DNA of 64,000 nucleotides from Bacteroidales bacterium. Lineage in GTDB: Bacteria; Bacteroidota; Bacteroidia; Bacteroidales; UBA10428. Where the stretch lies: the NCBI GenBank assembly GCA_965230395.1, contig CBDDKV010000002.1:1920947-1984946 (forward strand). Direction: 5' to 3'. A model generated the notes under the pieces. That model saw only the letters and a list, made by a program, of their open reading frames with translations, was not told where the DNA came from and ran no database searches. Both the position numbers and the translations under genes were made by a program. Shown here piece after piece: positions 9,739 to 19,275 of the stretch (positions are counted from its first letter, which is position 1; every line of letters begins with the position of its first letter).

Positions 9739-12700
9739 TTAGTGTTTAGTAATGTACTTATAGGTGTTAAATCCTTTATCTGACGAAATATTAAGGATGT
9801 ATACACCATCGATTAACCCGGAAAGGTTAAAAGACTTTTTAAACTCGGGAGCAATTGAACCTAAATCAAACGTTCGTAAAATTTTTCCGGTAGAGATATT
9901 TATAACTTTCAGGTTAAACTTCTCTGCGGCATTTTCCGAATTAATTTCAACAGTTAATACGTCTTTAACAGGAACAGGGTAAATAGTAACAATGGGGTTT
10001 TCCGTGTTCTTAGTTAAGTTAATGGACGAAGCTTTAACAACCTTAAAACTGACGGAAGAGGTATCGGTAAGACTGGTATTGTCAAAAGCAATAGCTTTTA
10101 AATGATGTTCATCAATGCTTTTAGCTTTCCATTTATATTCGAAAGGTGCAGCTTTTACTGTTGTAATCAACTTGTCATCCATATAAAATGCTACGGAGTC
10201 AACGGAACCATCGGAATCTTTTGCTTCGGCTTTTAGGGTTACGGTAGAATTTTCTGCTATTTCTTCGTCCTTAGCCGGTGATAGAATCTTGATTACAGGA
10301 GGATTTCCATCAACAAGGGTTACGGAAATAGAATCTGAATTGGTGTATCCATCATTATCAGTGGCCCTGGCTTTTATTTTAAATGTTCCTTCTTTATCCG
10401 TTTCCCAAGTGAAGTTATATGGGGATGAAATTGAAGTTCCAACTTTCGTGTCATTAATAAAGAATTCAACAGAATCAACTTTTCCGTCATCATCGCTGGC
10501 TTCAACCAGAATCTGTTTTTCCTGGTCAAGCTGAAGCATGGCATTGTTGGCCGGAGATGTTATTTTAATGCTTGGCGCGGCAAAGTTGTATAATATGTTT
10601 CTTGCCGTTGCCAGTCCACCATGCGGGTTTTTAACAGAGATGTTAAGTCTCATTTTGAGCTCTCCTGCTGTTGTTAACTGTCCGATAAAAACTATGTTTT
10701 CTTCAGCATCAGGGCCTCCTATTCCACCAGCAACACCCCAATAACTTAGGTAATCATTTAATATAGTTGCCGTATCAGATTTCAGAATATCTATTTTTTT
10801 AGGTACGACAAGGCTTCCTCCAATAGGGGTAGTAGAAGGGGTAATATCAATTCGTCCCAGGGGATTTGTCGATTTAAGAACTCCCACATATGCATTTCCT
10901 ATTCTCCCATCTGTAACGTAAGAATCATATTCAAGGCTTGGGGCTAACGCGTAAAATCCCGGGGTGGCACCTTCTCCTTTATCTGTTCCCTGCGGATGAT
11001 TATAAAAAGGTTTTGAACTCTTTATCGTTAAATACGTTAAGGGTTTGTCAGATCCGGCACAGCTAATAAACTTATATTCAGGCTTAAGGTCAACAAATAG
11101 TCGGTATGTTACAGTTCCTTCTGGTATATCTTTAATATCTTTCGGAACGTCAATTTTCTCGACAATTAGCTTTTCCAGGCCATGCAAGTTGACTTTTACC
11201 GTATCTACATTTGATTCAGAGGGGGTGTTTTCTTTTACGTTGACCGAAACGTTGTCTGACTTGTTTTCTCCTTTATTGTAATAAGCTTCTGCTGTTAATT
11301 TTATGTTTCCGGTTCTGAAAGCATCCCAAATGGTTTCGTAAGGTGAGTTCTTATCTATACCGATTTTGTAACTATCTGCATAAAAAACAACGGAATCAAT
11401 TTTACCAGCAGTAGTTATATCTGCAGAGACTTTTACTTTGTCCCCTTTCATGAAATTGTCTCCGTTTTTGGGGGATGTGATGGTAACTTTGGGGTTAAGA
11501 GCTATGTTAACACCAATTTCTTTTGAAGAAACATGTTTTCCTTTGTTATAAAATGCCGTAGCCAGTAATTTTATGCTTCCCGTAATGTCAGCATGCCAGG
11601 TCAGCTGGAAGGGTTTTTTGCTGCTCAAACCAATTTTTGAGTTATTGGCAAAGAACACTACAGAATCAATTATCTCATCGTTGGTTATGTCTGTCTTAAT
11701 TTCAATATCTTCTTTTTCGTTAAAAGTATCGCCATCATTAGGCGATGAAATTGAAATTTCAGGATTGGAGACAATTTTAATTGAAACGGTATCGGCTGCT
11801 TCTTGTGTAACTATTCTTTCTTTGTAGTGCGCAACAGCAATTAATTTAATTTCTCCGGTTTTATCAGGGTTTAGTTGTGTTGAAAACGGAACTGTATTAT
11901 CGGATCCAATTTGTAGTTCGTCAGCAAAGAATACAACAGAATCAGCTGTTCCACCACTAACTTCCGCTTTAATGTCAATTGTTTCTCCTATTTGGTATAC
12001 CGAATTGTTTTCGGGTTCTGTTATTTCTACAACAGGTGAGCCGGGTTTAACCGGGTAAACAATTCCGGCAATATCCGACGGTGTCCCGGAGGGGGATGAG
12101 ACCGATAGGTTTAACGACATTTCCAGTTTACCGGCAGTTGTGAACTGTCCTATGAATATTATGTTGGCATCAGCATCCGGACCACCAATACCTCCATCCA
12201 CATTCCAGCCTTTGTTATAATCATGTAATTCTTTTACATCATTAGCGGTTAAAATATCGATTTTGTTTCCGATAAATTCAAGATCTTTGGCCGGGGTTGT
12301 TGCCACTGTTAACCCCGCTCTTCCGGCTGGGTTTACAGATCTTAATACCCCAATATATGCCGTTCCAATTCTACCGTCGGTAGCATAAGAATCATACTCT
12401 AAACCAGGTTCAAAAAGATAATAGTCAGGACTGGCATCGGAACCTTTGCCAGTACCCTGATTGTGATTAAAAAATGACTCAGAGCTCTTTATCGTTAAAT
12501 GGGTTTTGGATTCGTTTAACCCCTTACAGGCATTAAATTTATAACCAGGCTTAAGGTCAACAAACAATCTGTAGGTAACAGAGTTTTCCGGGGCCCCGGC
12601 TCCGGCAGGTACGGGAATTTGTTCAACAAGTAGATTTTCTAATCCATCTTTGTTTACATTAACAGTATCAACTTTAATGTTTTGGGATAAAATGCTTAAG

Positions 12701-12744
12701 CATGAAATAAAGCTTAAAGCCCCAATAAGTAATTTTTTTTTCAT
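9739..12744 (-). CDS. large T9SS-secreted protein: two copies of the shared module, seven Ig-like repeats, Por-type CTD
   Basis: 1001 aa. The shared module occurs twice (nt ~12070-12666 and ~10600-11215). It is followed by four and then three Ig-like repeats of the type I.SP.....F..G..I.I.A......G.IDSVVF(F/Y)A....IG......PY...W. The protein ends in a T9SS CTD (IYPVPVKDVLTVEI...GVYILNISS...YITKH). Confidence 0.85.
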   Translation of the reverse strand: MKKKLLIGALSFISCLSILSQNIKVDTVNVNKDGLENLLVEQIPVPAGAGAPENSVTYRLFVDLKPGYKFNACKGLNESKTHLTIKSSESFFNHNQGTGKGSDASPDYYLFEPGLEYDSYATDGRIGTAYIGVLRSVNPAGRAGLTVATTPAKDLEFIGNKIDILTANDVKELHDYNKGWNVDGGIGGPDADANIIFIGQFTTAGKLEMSLNLSVSSPSGTPSDIAGIVYPVKPGSPVVEITEPENNSVYQIGETIDIKAEVSGGTADSVVFFADELQIGSDNTVPFSTQLNPDKTGEIKLIAVAHYKERIVTQEAADTVSIKIVSNPEISISSPNDGDTFNEKEDIEIKTDITNDEIIDSVVFFANNSKIGLSSKKPFQLTWHADITGSIKLLATAFYNKGKHVSSKEIGVNIALNPKVTITSPKNGDNFMKGDKVKVSADITTAGKIDSVVFYADSYKIGIDKNSPYETIWDAFRTGNIKLTAEAYYNKGENKSDNVSVNVKENTPSESNVDTVKVNLHGLEKLIVEKIDVPKDIKDIPEGTVTYRLFVDLKPEYKFISCAGSDKPLTYLTIKSSKPFYNHPQGTDKGEGATPGFYALAPSLEYDSYVTDGRIGNAYVGVLKSTNPLGRIDITPSTTPIGGSLVVPKKIDILKSDTATILNDYLSYWGVAGGIGGPDAEENIVFIGQLTTAGELKMRLNISVKNPHGGLATARNILYNFAAPSIKITSPANNAMLQLDQEKQILVEASDDDGKVDSVEFFINDTKVGTSISSPYNFTWETDKEGTFKIKARATDNDGYTNSDSISVTLVDGNPPVIKILSPAKDEEIAENSTVTLKAEAKDSDGSVDSVAFYMDDKLITTVKAAPFEYKWKAKSIDEHHLKAIAFDNTSLTDTSSVSFKVVKASSINLTKNTENPIVTIYPVPVKDVLTVEINSENAAEKFNLKVINISTGKILRTFDLGSIAPEFKKSFNLSGLIDGVYILNISSDKGFNTYKYITKH

Positions 12745-12997
12745 TGTAATTTTTTTTAGGGTGTAATTGATTGTGTTGGGTGCAAAAGTTAATATAATGG
12801 ACTAAACTCTTGTATTAAGCCAATCAATAGTTTTAATTAAGGTTTTCATAGTCTATTACCGTTATTTGACAGGTTAACGTTTTAATTGGTTGAGTTACGT
12901 GTATTTACACTTTAACGTTAAGTAAATACATTATTCTTTTATAAACCTTAACATGTTCGCTAATAAAAAGAGTTTGTTCAACACAAAAAGGGTAATA

Positions 12998-13023
12998 AAT
13001 ACCCGACCAACAGGTCGGGTATA
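12998..13023 (-). terminator. hairpin downstream of the 343-aa gene
   Basis: ACCCGACC-AACA-GGTCGGGT (13001-13020) is flanked by A/T pairs. On the minus strand it is followed by a T-rich stretch. It lies ~90 nt after the stop at 13109. Confidence 0.55.
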
Positions 13024-13108
13024 TTTCAAAACAGATCTAATTCTTATTTAGTGGCTGCAAGAAAACTGACAAGAGTAATGCAGTGTATTTGGAGTTTTCT
13101 TGCAAAGA

Positions 13109-14083
13109 CTATTTAATAAGAAGGCGGAATAACTTATCATTAATCTCAACCATGTAAACACCAGGATTAAGATTTTGTACATCAAAAGTAGTTTTCCCCT
13201 TTACATTCTCTTTGCTTCTTACTAATGTACCTAAGGCATTGTAGATTTTTACAGTAGAAGTACCTTGGGTAACAACATTAACAAAGTCGTTAGAAGGGTT
13301 GGGGTAAATTTTATCATCATCCGAAGAAACAAAAGAATACATTTGTTTGGCATTTTTCATTCCGGGTGCAGAAGATGCTTCTGTTGATGTAGTATAATTA
13401 ACTCCGGTTATTGTATTAAAATCTCCGAGAGGATTCTGAACATTGATATTTAGAGACATTGTAAGTTCTCCGGCTGTAGTAAGCTGTCCGATAAATACAA
13501 AATTGCGTACAGAGTTGGGACCTGCAATTCCGCCAGGAACTCCCCAGCCACTGTTTACATCATCAAGTATAGTGCTGGTACTGTTAATAAGTATATCCAT
13601 TCTAATTGGAACAACCAAATCACCTTTAGGTGTTGTTGCTTCAGTAATGTCAACATAACCAGCATTGTTTAATGCTTTTAATACACCAACATAGTCGTTT
13701 CCAATTCTGCCATCGGTAACGTATGAGTCGTATTCTAAACTTGGTGCAATTCCATACCAGCCAGGATTGGCCCCTGAACCTTTAGCATTTCCGTTAGGGT
13801 GATTAAAAAATGGTTGGGTACTTTCGATTTTTAAGTTGATTTTAGGAGTTGTATTGTCTACTCCAAAGCAACTAAGGAATTTATGATTTTGAGCAAGATC
13901 AACGAATAATCTGTAAGTAGTTGAGCCCTCGGGGACATCTGTAAGGTTTCCGGGAACCGCTATTTTTTCAACTAATAGCGCTTCCAGGCCGTGTTTTTTC
14001 GCTCTTACGATGTCTACCTGGGAAAAGGCAGACAGGCTAAGAGCCAGGTTTAAAATTGCTGCGAGTGCAATATTTTTCATCAT
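13109..14083 (-). CDS. T9SS-secreted protein: one copy of the shared module + Por-type CTD
   Basis: The start is moved to the MMKNIALAAILNLALSLSAFSQ signal peptide (ATGs at 14083 and 14080). The track start at 14140 would overlap the upstream gene. It carries the shared module (TTYRLFVDL, FFNHPNGNAKG, LEYDSYVTDGRIGNDYVGVL, FVFIGQLTTAGELTMSLNINV) and a T9SS CTD (IYPNPSNDFVNVV...GVYMVEIND..LLIK). Confidence 0.85.
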   Translation of the reverse strand: MMKNIALAAILNLALSLSAFSQVDIVRAKKHGLEALLVEKIAVPGNLTDVPEGSTTYRLFVDLAQNHKFLSCFGVDNTTPKINLKIESTQPFFNHPNGNAKGSGANPGWYGIAPSLEYDSYVTDGRIGNDYVGVLKALNNAGYVDITEATTPKGDLVVPIRMDILINSTSTILDDVNSGWGVPGGIAGPNSVRNFVFIGQLTTAGELTMSLNINVQNPLGDFNTITGVNYTTSTEASSAPGMKNAKQMYSFVSSDDDKIYPNPSNDFVNVVTQGTSTVKIYNALGTLVRSKENVKGKTTFDVQNLNPGVYMVEINDKLFRLLIK

Positions 14084-14114
14084 TAAAAAATTTAAATCAA
14101 TATAAATTAATGTA

Positions 14115-15647
14115 TTATTTACAGTTGTTCCCGTACTCATTCAGTACTTGGTTCAGGTCGGCAGGGCCAGTAGAACCACTGTTGTCAATATCTGTTGGGC
14201 AACCAACAGCAGCATCATCAGTTCCCATATTAGCATGAAGGGTCCATCCGGTAGTCCAGGGCTCAACACCTGGCTCAAAAGCACCTTTGTATGGAGCGTA
14301 AGTGTAAAAGCTGTCTTCTTCCCATGGGCGGTAGTCAGTTTTTACAGCCTCAGTGCCTGCAGCAGGAACAGGGTTTACTCTATCTGCTACTTCCTGAGTG
14401 TAGATGTTTCCGGATTGAATGACTTCAATGGATAGCTTGTCATCAATAACGTCATCAGAAGCTAAGAATTCACAACCTTCTAGTTTAGATTCATCCAATT
14501 TGCTTGAAGTACAGTTTAGGAAAAGCGTGTTTTTAACTGAAGTAACAGCGCCACCTTTATGTCTTCCTGCAATGTCAAAACCAGCAATAATAGCGTTACT
14601 AACAAGGCCTTCGCATTCTTCTTTCAGTTCAAGGCCTTTGTCATCTCCACCTGCATAACCAATGATAGTTACGTTAGTAAAACGTGGGTCAGAAACAATT
14701 TTGCGACCGTCAAAGTCGTTACCGTCCCATTCCATTCCATTGTCTCCAAGTTTTGCAACAGAGTCTCCTTTAGTTTCTGGAAGCATAACACCATAGATAA
14801 ACTGTCCTTTACCTTTGTATCCCTGGTCAGTGTCAATATAGTCATCTTCGCAGAACATGATGTTAGCATACTTGATGTTTACAGTACCACCAAAGAACTC
14901 AATTCCGTCATCACCGTTAGAAACAACTTCGATGTGCTCTAAAACAGTTTTGCTTCCAACAGAACCACAAGTTAATCCGTTGATTTCGTTAGCCACTCCG
15001 ATTTCAGAACCACCATGACGGATAGATACATAACGTAAAACTCCTGAGTTGTCATCGTTTACGAAAGTAGGGTTTCCTTCAGCGTCATGCTCCATAGCAC
15101 CGTAGTGGTGTCTGGTATCAGGGTAGTCAAGACCTTCAATGTAGCTTTCCCCGTTATTAATTCCAATGACAGCACTTGGCTGAGCTTCTGGGTTCTCATC
15201 CCCTTTAAGAACATTGTTATAAGCTTTTCCAAGAAGAATAATCCCTCCCCACTTTTCTTTGTTGATAGCAGAGTAAGTTCCATCCAGGGCATCTTCAATT
15301 GTAGTGAAGATAATAGGCTTCTCTTTAGTACCTTCAGCGTAAATTTTACCGCCACGGGCAACAATAATAGCAGGGGCATCAAGGCCTTGCCCGATTTCTG
15401 CCTTAATTACGGTTCCTGGTTCAATGTGTAATTCCTGACCGTCTACTACATAAATTTTCTTGTCAAGAATGTAAGTCGTATTGGCATTAAGCGTAACTAC
15501 ATCCTGGGCTAAGTTACCTTCCGTGTACTGGGTCCCTCCGGCTGGAACAGCAAGAGTCGATAACTTTACTTGGTTTTGGGCAAAACCTGTTGCCGCAAAA
15601 GCGATTGCTGCAAATGCAACTGTGGTAAATTTTTTAACCATTTTCAT
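14115..15647 (-). CDS. secreted beta-helix-like protein with dockerin/EF-hand-like C-terminal tail
   Basis: It has a signal peptide (MKMVKKFTTVAFAAIAFAATGFAQ). Conserved blocks are WGGIILLG, NSGVLRYVSIRHGG, EINGLTCGSVGSKTVLEHIEVVSNGDDGIEFFGGTVNIKY and DDYIDTDQGYKGKGQF. The C-terminus is CPTDIDNSGSTGPADLNQVLNEYGNNC. Confidence 0.8.
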   Translation of the reverse strand: MKMVKKFTTVAFAAIAFAATGFAQNQVKLSTLAVPAGGTQYTEGNLAQDVVTLNANTTYILDKKIYVVDGQELHIEPGTVIKAEIGQGLDAPAIIVARGGKIYAEGTKEKPIIFTTIEDALDGTYSAINKEKWGGIILLGKAYNNVLKGDENPEAQPSAVIGINNGESYIEGLDYPDTRHHYGAMEHDAEGNPTFVNDDNSGVLRYVSIRHGGSEIGVANEINGLTCGSVGSKTVLEHIEVVSNGDDGIEFFGGTVNIKYANIMFCEDDYIDTDQGYKGKGQFIYGVMLPETKGDSVAKLGDNGMEWDGNDFDGRKIVSDPRFTNVTIIGYAGGDDKGLELKEECEGLVSNAIIAGFDIAGRHKGGAVTSVKNTLFLNCTSSKLDESKLEGCEFLASDDVIDDKLSIEVIQSGNIYTQEVADRVNPVPAAGTEAVKTDYRPWEEDSFYTYAPYKGAFEPGVEPWTTGWTLHANMGTDDAAVGCPTDIDNSGSTGPADLNQVLNEYGNNCK

Positions 15648-16572
15648 TGTGTAGAATTTTAAAAAAAGTGAAACAATTTTTTAGAAAAACTCGCATTAGT
15701 TTTTGTTATAAGGCTGTGCGAATTTCAATAATTGATGTCATTAAGCGTCTTTAATTCCCCTGATTTTATTCTTAAGAAAACCCGTTATTTGCCTATATTT
15801 AAGCTTAAATATTTAGTATTTATGCTTTATAAACAATGGTATTGTTCTATTTAATTGCATTTTACGAGTTATATAAAAGCACTTAACGTTTTGTTAATAT
15901 TTTTTCATTCTGTCATAGAAAAGAAGGGGTGTTTTGATGAAGCTCTGGATATATCGTATATCAGGATATTTATTTCTAAAAACTTATTCTTTAGGTATGT
16001 ATAAGCTATTGGGGTGATGATTGGGAAGGGGTGGCGTGAATTGAGAATTGCTTTTTTCAATGTTGAGAAATTGTTTAGGATAAAATGCCTGGTATGGGTT
16101 AATACATTTTGATGCAAATACAGAATGTAACTAAGATGGATGATTTTGTTAGATTGGTGTAAAAAAGATTGTTTATGATGCTAAATATATTAGCTTTTTT
16201 TAAGATGGGCAGGAAATAAAATTGCAGGGTTCATTTTGCTGATGTATTTGTTTAGTCTAATAACGGTATTGTGACATGTTGTAGCGCAAATTGAGTGGAA
16301 GGTTGAGGTTTCCGGAGGTTTCTTGCACGAATTTATCAGCCGGTTTCATTTAATCGTGTACCTGCCATTTACGCTTAAAAACAGATAAAATATTAATGAT
16401 TTAATGGTTCGTTAAAATTTATGTCTTAATAGGTGTTTTTAGTAACTTTTGTCAATATAAACAATGAGCTATATCATTATACTTAATGCGAATTTAAAGA
16501 GACCTTAACTTAATTTCAAATCATACTTGCTAAGTTGCAAGCAAAAAAAATATAACCCATAAAACTATAATA

Positions 16573-16923
16573 ATGAAAAATTATACCTGGACAGAGAAAG
16601 AGCTCAAATTATTCGAAGAGTGGGACTGGATAATGAGCTTTATAGATGCCCATCAATATAATATAATTTCTGAAGACGTTTTGTTAAGGCGATTGTACTG
16701 CGAGGCCAAACTTCTTTTGGTCAATAAACTGGTGATTTTATATAGGCAGGGGGAGCAGGGGCTTCCGGAAATAATAACCTACAACGAGTTATTGACTTTG
16801 TTACAAAGTTCGTACAAAAAATACTTCTTGTACAGCTTTCACCCGATTAACTTTAAAAGGGTTGAAGAGTTTAGAAGTTATATTACAGGTGTAAGAGAAG
16901 AACTGTTTTCTGAGATGACATAA
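16573..16923 (+). CDS. hypothetical protein
   Basis: 116-aa ORF with an ATG start and no recognisable motif. It sits in a long AT-rich intergenic region. Confidence 0.4.
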   Translation: MKNYTWTEKELKLFEEWDWIMSFIDAHQYNIISEDVLLRRLYCEAKLLLVNKLVILYRQGEQGLPEIITYNELLTLLQSSYKKYFLYSFHPINFKRVEEFRSYITGVREELFSEMT

Positions 16924-16931
16924 AAAGAGTC

Positions 16932-17507
16932 TCAGGATGTTTCAATGGCGTGTCCCAGTTCAAAGGCTTTAATGTTTATGTCAACAACTTCTGTTCCTTT
17001 ACGATCAAAAAGTGTTTTAATGGCTTTTTTCACTGAATCAAGAGGGATGTCCATTTTTTTTGATGCAGCCCCAAGCATCACCATGTTAGTGGTTTTTAAG
17101 TTTCCGGCTTCCTTTGCCAGCTTTTCTGCATCTACAATAATTTTTCTCTCATAGGTGTTTAACTTATCAAGTAGTTCCTCTTTTTTCGGATAATTAGGGA
17201 TGTTTTTATATTCGTTTGAAGAAGTAATAATCCAGCCATTTTTTGCCAGAAAATTAATATACCTTAATGATTCCAGGGGCTCAACAGAGAGTATTATATC
17301 TGCACTCCCTGTGGGGATTAAGTCAGAAAAAACAGGTTCGGAGGAAATGCGGAGATGGGACTGAACAGTACCACCCCTCTGGCTCATCCCATGCACTTCA
17401 GCTTGTTTTACATAAAGTTTCTGGTTTATTGCGGCCTGATCGATAACAGCAGCAATACTTAATATACCTTGTCCGCCTACTCCGGAAATTATGATGTCTT
17501 TTTTCAT
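16932..17507 (-). CDS. iorB: indolepyruvate:ferredoxin oxidoreductase beta subunit
   Basis: It has the N-terminal IISGVGGQGILSIAAVI...AEVHGMSQRGG motif of the 2-oxoacid:ferredoxin oxidoreductase gamma/IorB family. It lies directly downstream of iorA. Confidence 0.85.
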   Translation of the reverse strand: MKKDIIISGVGGQGILSIAAVIDQAAINQKLYVKQAEVHGMSQRGGTVQSHLRISSEPVFSDLIPTGSADIILSVEPLESLRYINFLAKNGWIITSSNEYKNIPNYPKKEELLDKLNTYERKIIVDAEKLAKEAGNLKTTNMVMLGAASKKMDIPLDSVKKAIKTLFDRKGTEVVDINIKAFELGHAIETS

Positions 17508-17538
17508 TGTTTAATCTTTTGTTCTGATTGTTTTGACT

Positions 17539-19143
17539 TTAATTTGCCTCCTGCTTTTCTTTCTTTTTTTTCCTTGCCAGGGTTTGGACGCATTCTCTTT
17601 GTGCGAGTATAACAGAAACCCCTTCATAATCAAACTCTTCGTTTAATATTTTTACATTTTCTTCAAGGTTTTTCTTAAGTGGGGTTAACACCCTGATATG
17701 CTTTTCCTCAACTCCCAGTCCTTTACATATGTTGATGTATTTGCCCTCTCCTGAAGACTGCTGGCCACCGGTCATTCCTGTAGTGGAATTATCAGAGATA
17801 ATCACGGTAACAGGCGACTTGTCGTTTACGGCATCAAGCAGCCCTGTTATGCCTGAGTGTGTAAATGTAGAGTCGCCAATTACTGCTACTGCAGGCCGGA
17901 GGCCGGCATCGGCTGCGCCTTTAGCCATTGTGATAGAGGCCCCCATGTCAACACAGGAAGAAATTGCTTCAAATGGCTTCAGGGCCCCAAGCGTATAACA
18001 TCCTATATCAGAGAAAATGTGCTTTTCTGTGGAGCTGAAAATTATATTCAGCGCTTCAAATACATCACGGTGACTACAGCCTCTGCATAACATTGGCGGA
18101 CGGTTCGGCAGCCCTTCCTGAGGGGCATGATTTTCTACTTCTTTTATCTTAAACGCATTGGAAAGATGATCAGGGTTTAGTTCACCTGTTCGTGGCAGGG
18201 TACCGTCCAGGCGCCCCAGAATATTGCCCCCTTTGTCGAAATAACCGCGGAAATGCTCTTCATAGATTGGGTAACCTTCTTCAACAATCAGGACTTTCTC
18301 ACATAAATTGAACAGCTCTTTTATTTTTTTATCAGGAAGCGGGTATTGTCCGATCTTTAAAACCGGAAAGTTTAGCCCGTAAGCCTGTTTTACATCCATT
18401 ACATAATTAAAACCAATGCCAAACGCCAGTATGCCAATTTGCTTGTCATCACCCTCAATAAAATAATTTAGTTCTGACACTTCCGATGCTTTCTCCATTT
18501 CTGCCTGTTTGTCAATCAGGTCTGCATATTGTTTTCTTGCATTGGACGGAAGAAGAATAAACCTGCTGTCGGAATTATGCGGGGAAAGTTTATTCTGTTC
18601 CAGGGGATTTTTTCTGTTAATTCCCGCCCTGGAGTGGGAAATTCGTGTTGTTAGCCTTATCATTACAGGGACTTCCAGTTTTTCAGACAGGTCGAAAGCA
18701 TAAAAAACGGAGTTGTAGGCTTCCTGTTGGTTGGCAGGTTCAATAACCGGGATCATGGCAAATTTGCCATACATGCGTGAATCCTGCTCATTTTGCGAAG
18801 AGTGCATAGAGGGATCGTCTGCTACGACTAAGATCATCCCGCCTTTAACACCTGTGATAGCAGAGTTCATAAAACCATCTGCTGCAACGTTCAGGCCTAC
18901 ATGTTTCATGCAAACCATACTTCTTTTGCCTGCATATGACATGCCTAGTGCGGCTTCATAAGCGGTTTTTTCGTTGGTCGACCATGAGGAGCGGATGTTT
19001 TTCGTTTTAGCCTCTTCCGAATTCTGAACGAACTCTGTAATCTCTGTTGAAGGTGTTCCCGGATATGCATAAATACCCGACATGCCCGCATCTATTCCTG
19101 CCTGGGCAATAGCTTCATCTCCCAATACCAATTGTGTTCCCAT
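17539..19143 (-). CDS. iorA: indolepyruvate:ferredoxin oxidoreductase alpha subunit (TPP-binding)
   Basis: It contains LGDEAIAQAGIDAGMSGIYAYPGTPSTEI and the TPP-binding region GDSTFTHSGITGLLDAV. The 534-aa length is typical of IorA. Confidence 0.85.
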   Translation of the reverse strand: MGTQLVLGDEAIAQAGIDAGMSGIYAYPGTPSTEITEFVQNSEEAKTKNIRSSWSTNEKTAYEAALGMSYAGKRSMVCMKHVGLNVAADGFMNSAITGVKGGMILVVADDPSMHSSQNEQDSRMYGKFAMIPVIEPANQQEAYNSVFYAFDLSEKLEVPVMIRLTTRISHSRAGINRKNPLEQNKLSPHNSDSRFILLPSNARKQYADLIDKQAEMEKASEVSELNYFIEGDDKQIGILAFGIGFNYVMDVKQAYGLNFPVLKIGQYPLPDKKIKELFNLCEKVLIVEEGYPIYEEHFRGYFDKGGNILGRLDGTLPRTGELNPDHLSNAFKIKEVENHAPQEGLPNRPPMLCRGCSHRDVFEALNIIFSSTEKHIFSDIGCYTLGALKPFEAISSCVDMGASITMAKGAADAGLRPAVAVIGDSTFTHSGITGLLDAVNDKSPVTVIISDNSTTGMTGGQQSSGEGKYINICKGLGVEEKHIRVLTPLKKNLEENVKILNEEFDYEGVSVILAQRECVQTLARKKKKEKQEAN

Positions 19144-19275
19144 TAAAATTTGCCTTAAAGTTTGTGAATATAATGTATTGAAGATCTGCCAGAAGAAACA
19201 TGATATTTGTTGTCATGTGTTTTGAAACACCTGCTTTTTTTCTGGTTCGGCCTAACCGAATGGGAACCGTTTTCT

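Noticed and set aside
15648-16572. Riboswitch (for example cobalamin) in the 925-nt region upstream of the receptor locus.
   Set aside because: The region is uniformly AT-rich and lacks the GC-rich multi-stem core or a B12-box-like element. Nothing resembling a known riboswitch was seen by eye. A covariance-model scan would be needed to exclude one.
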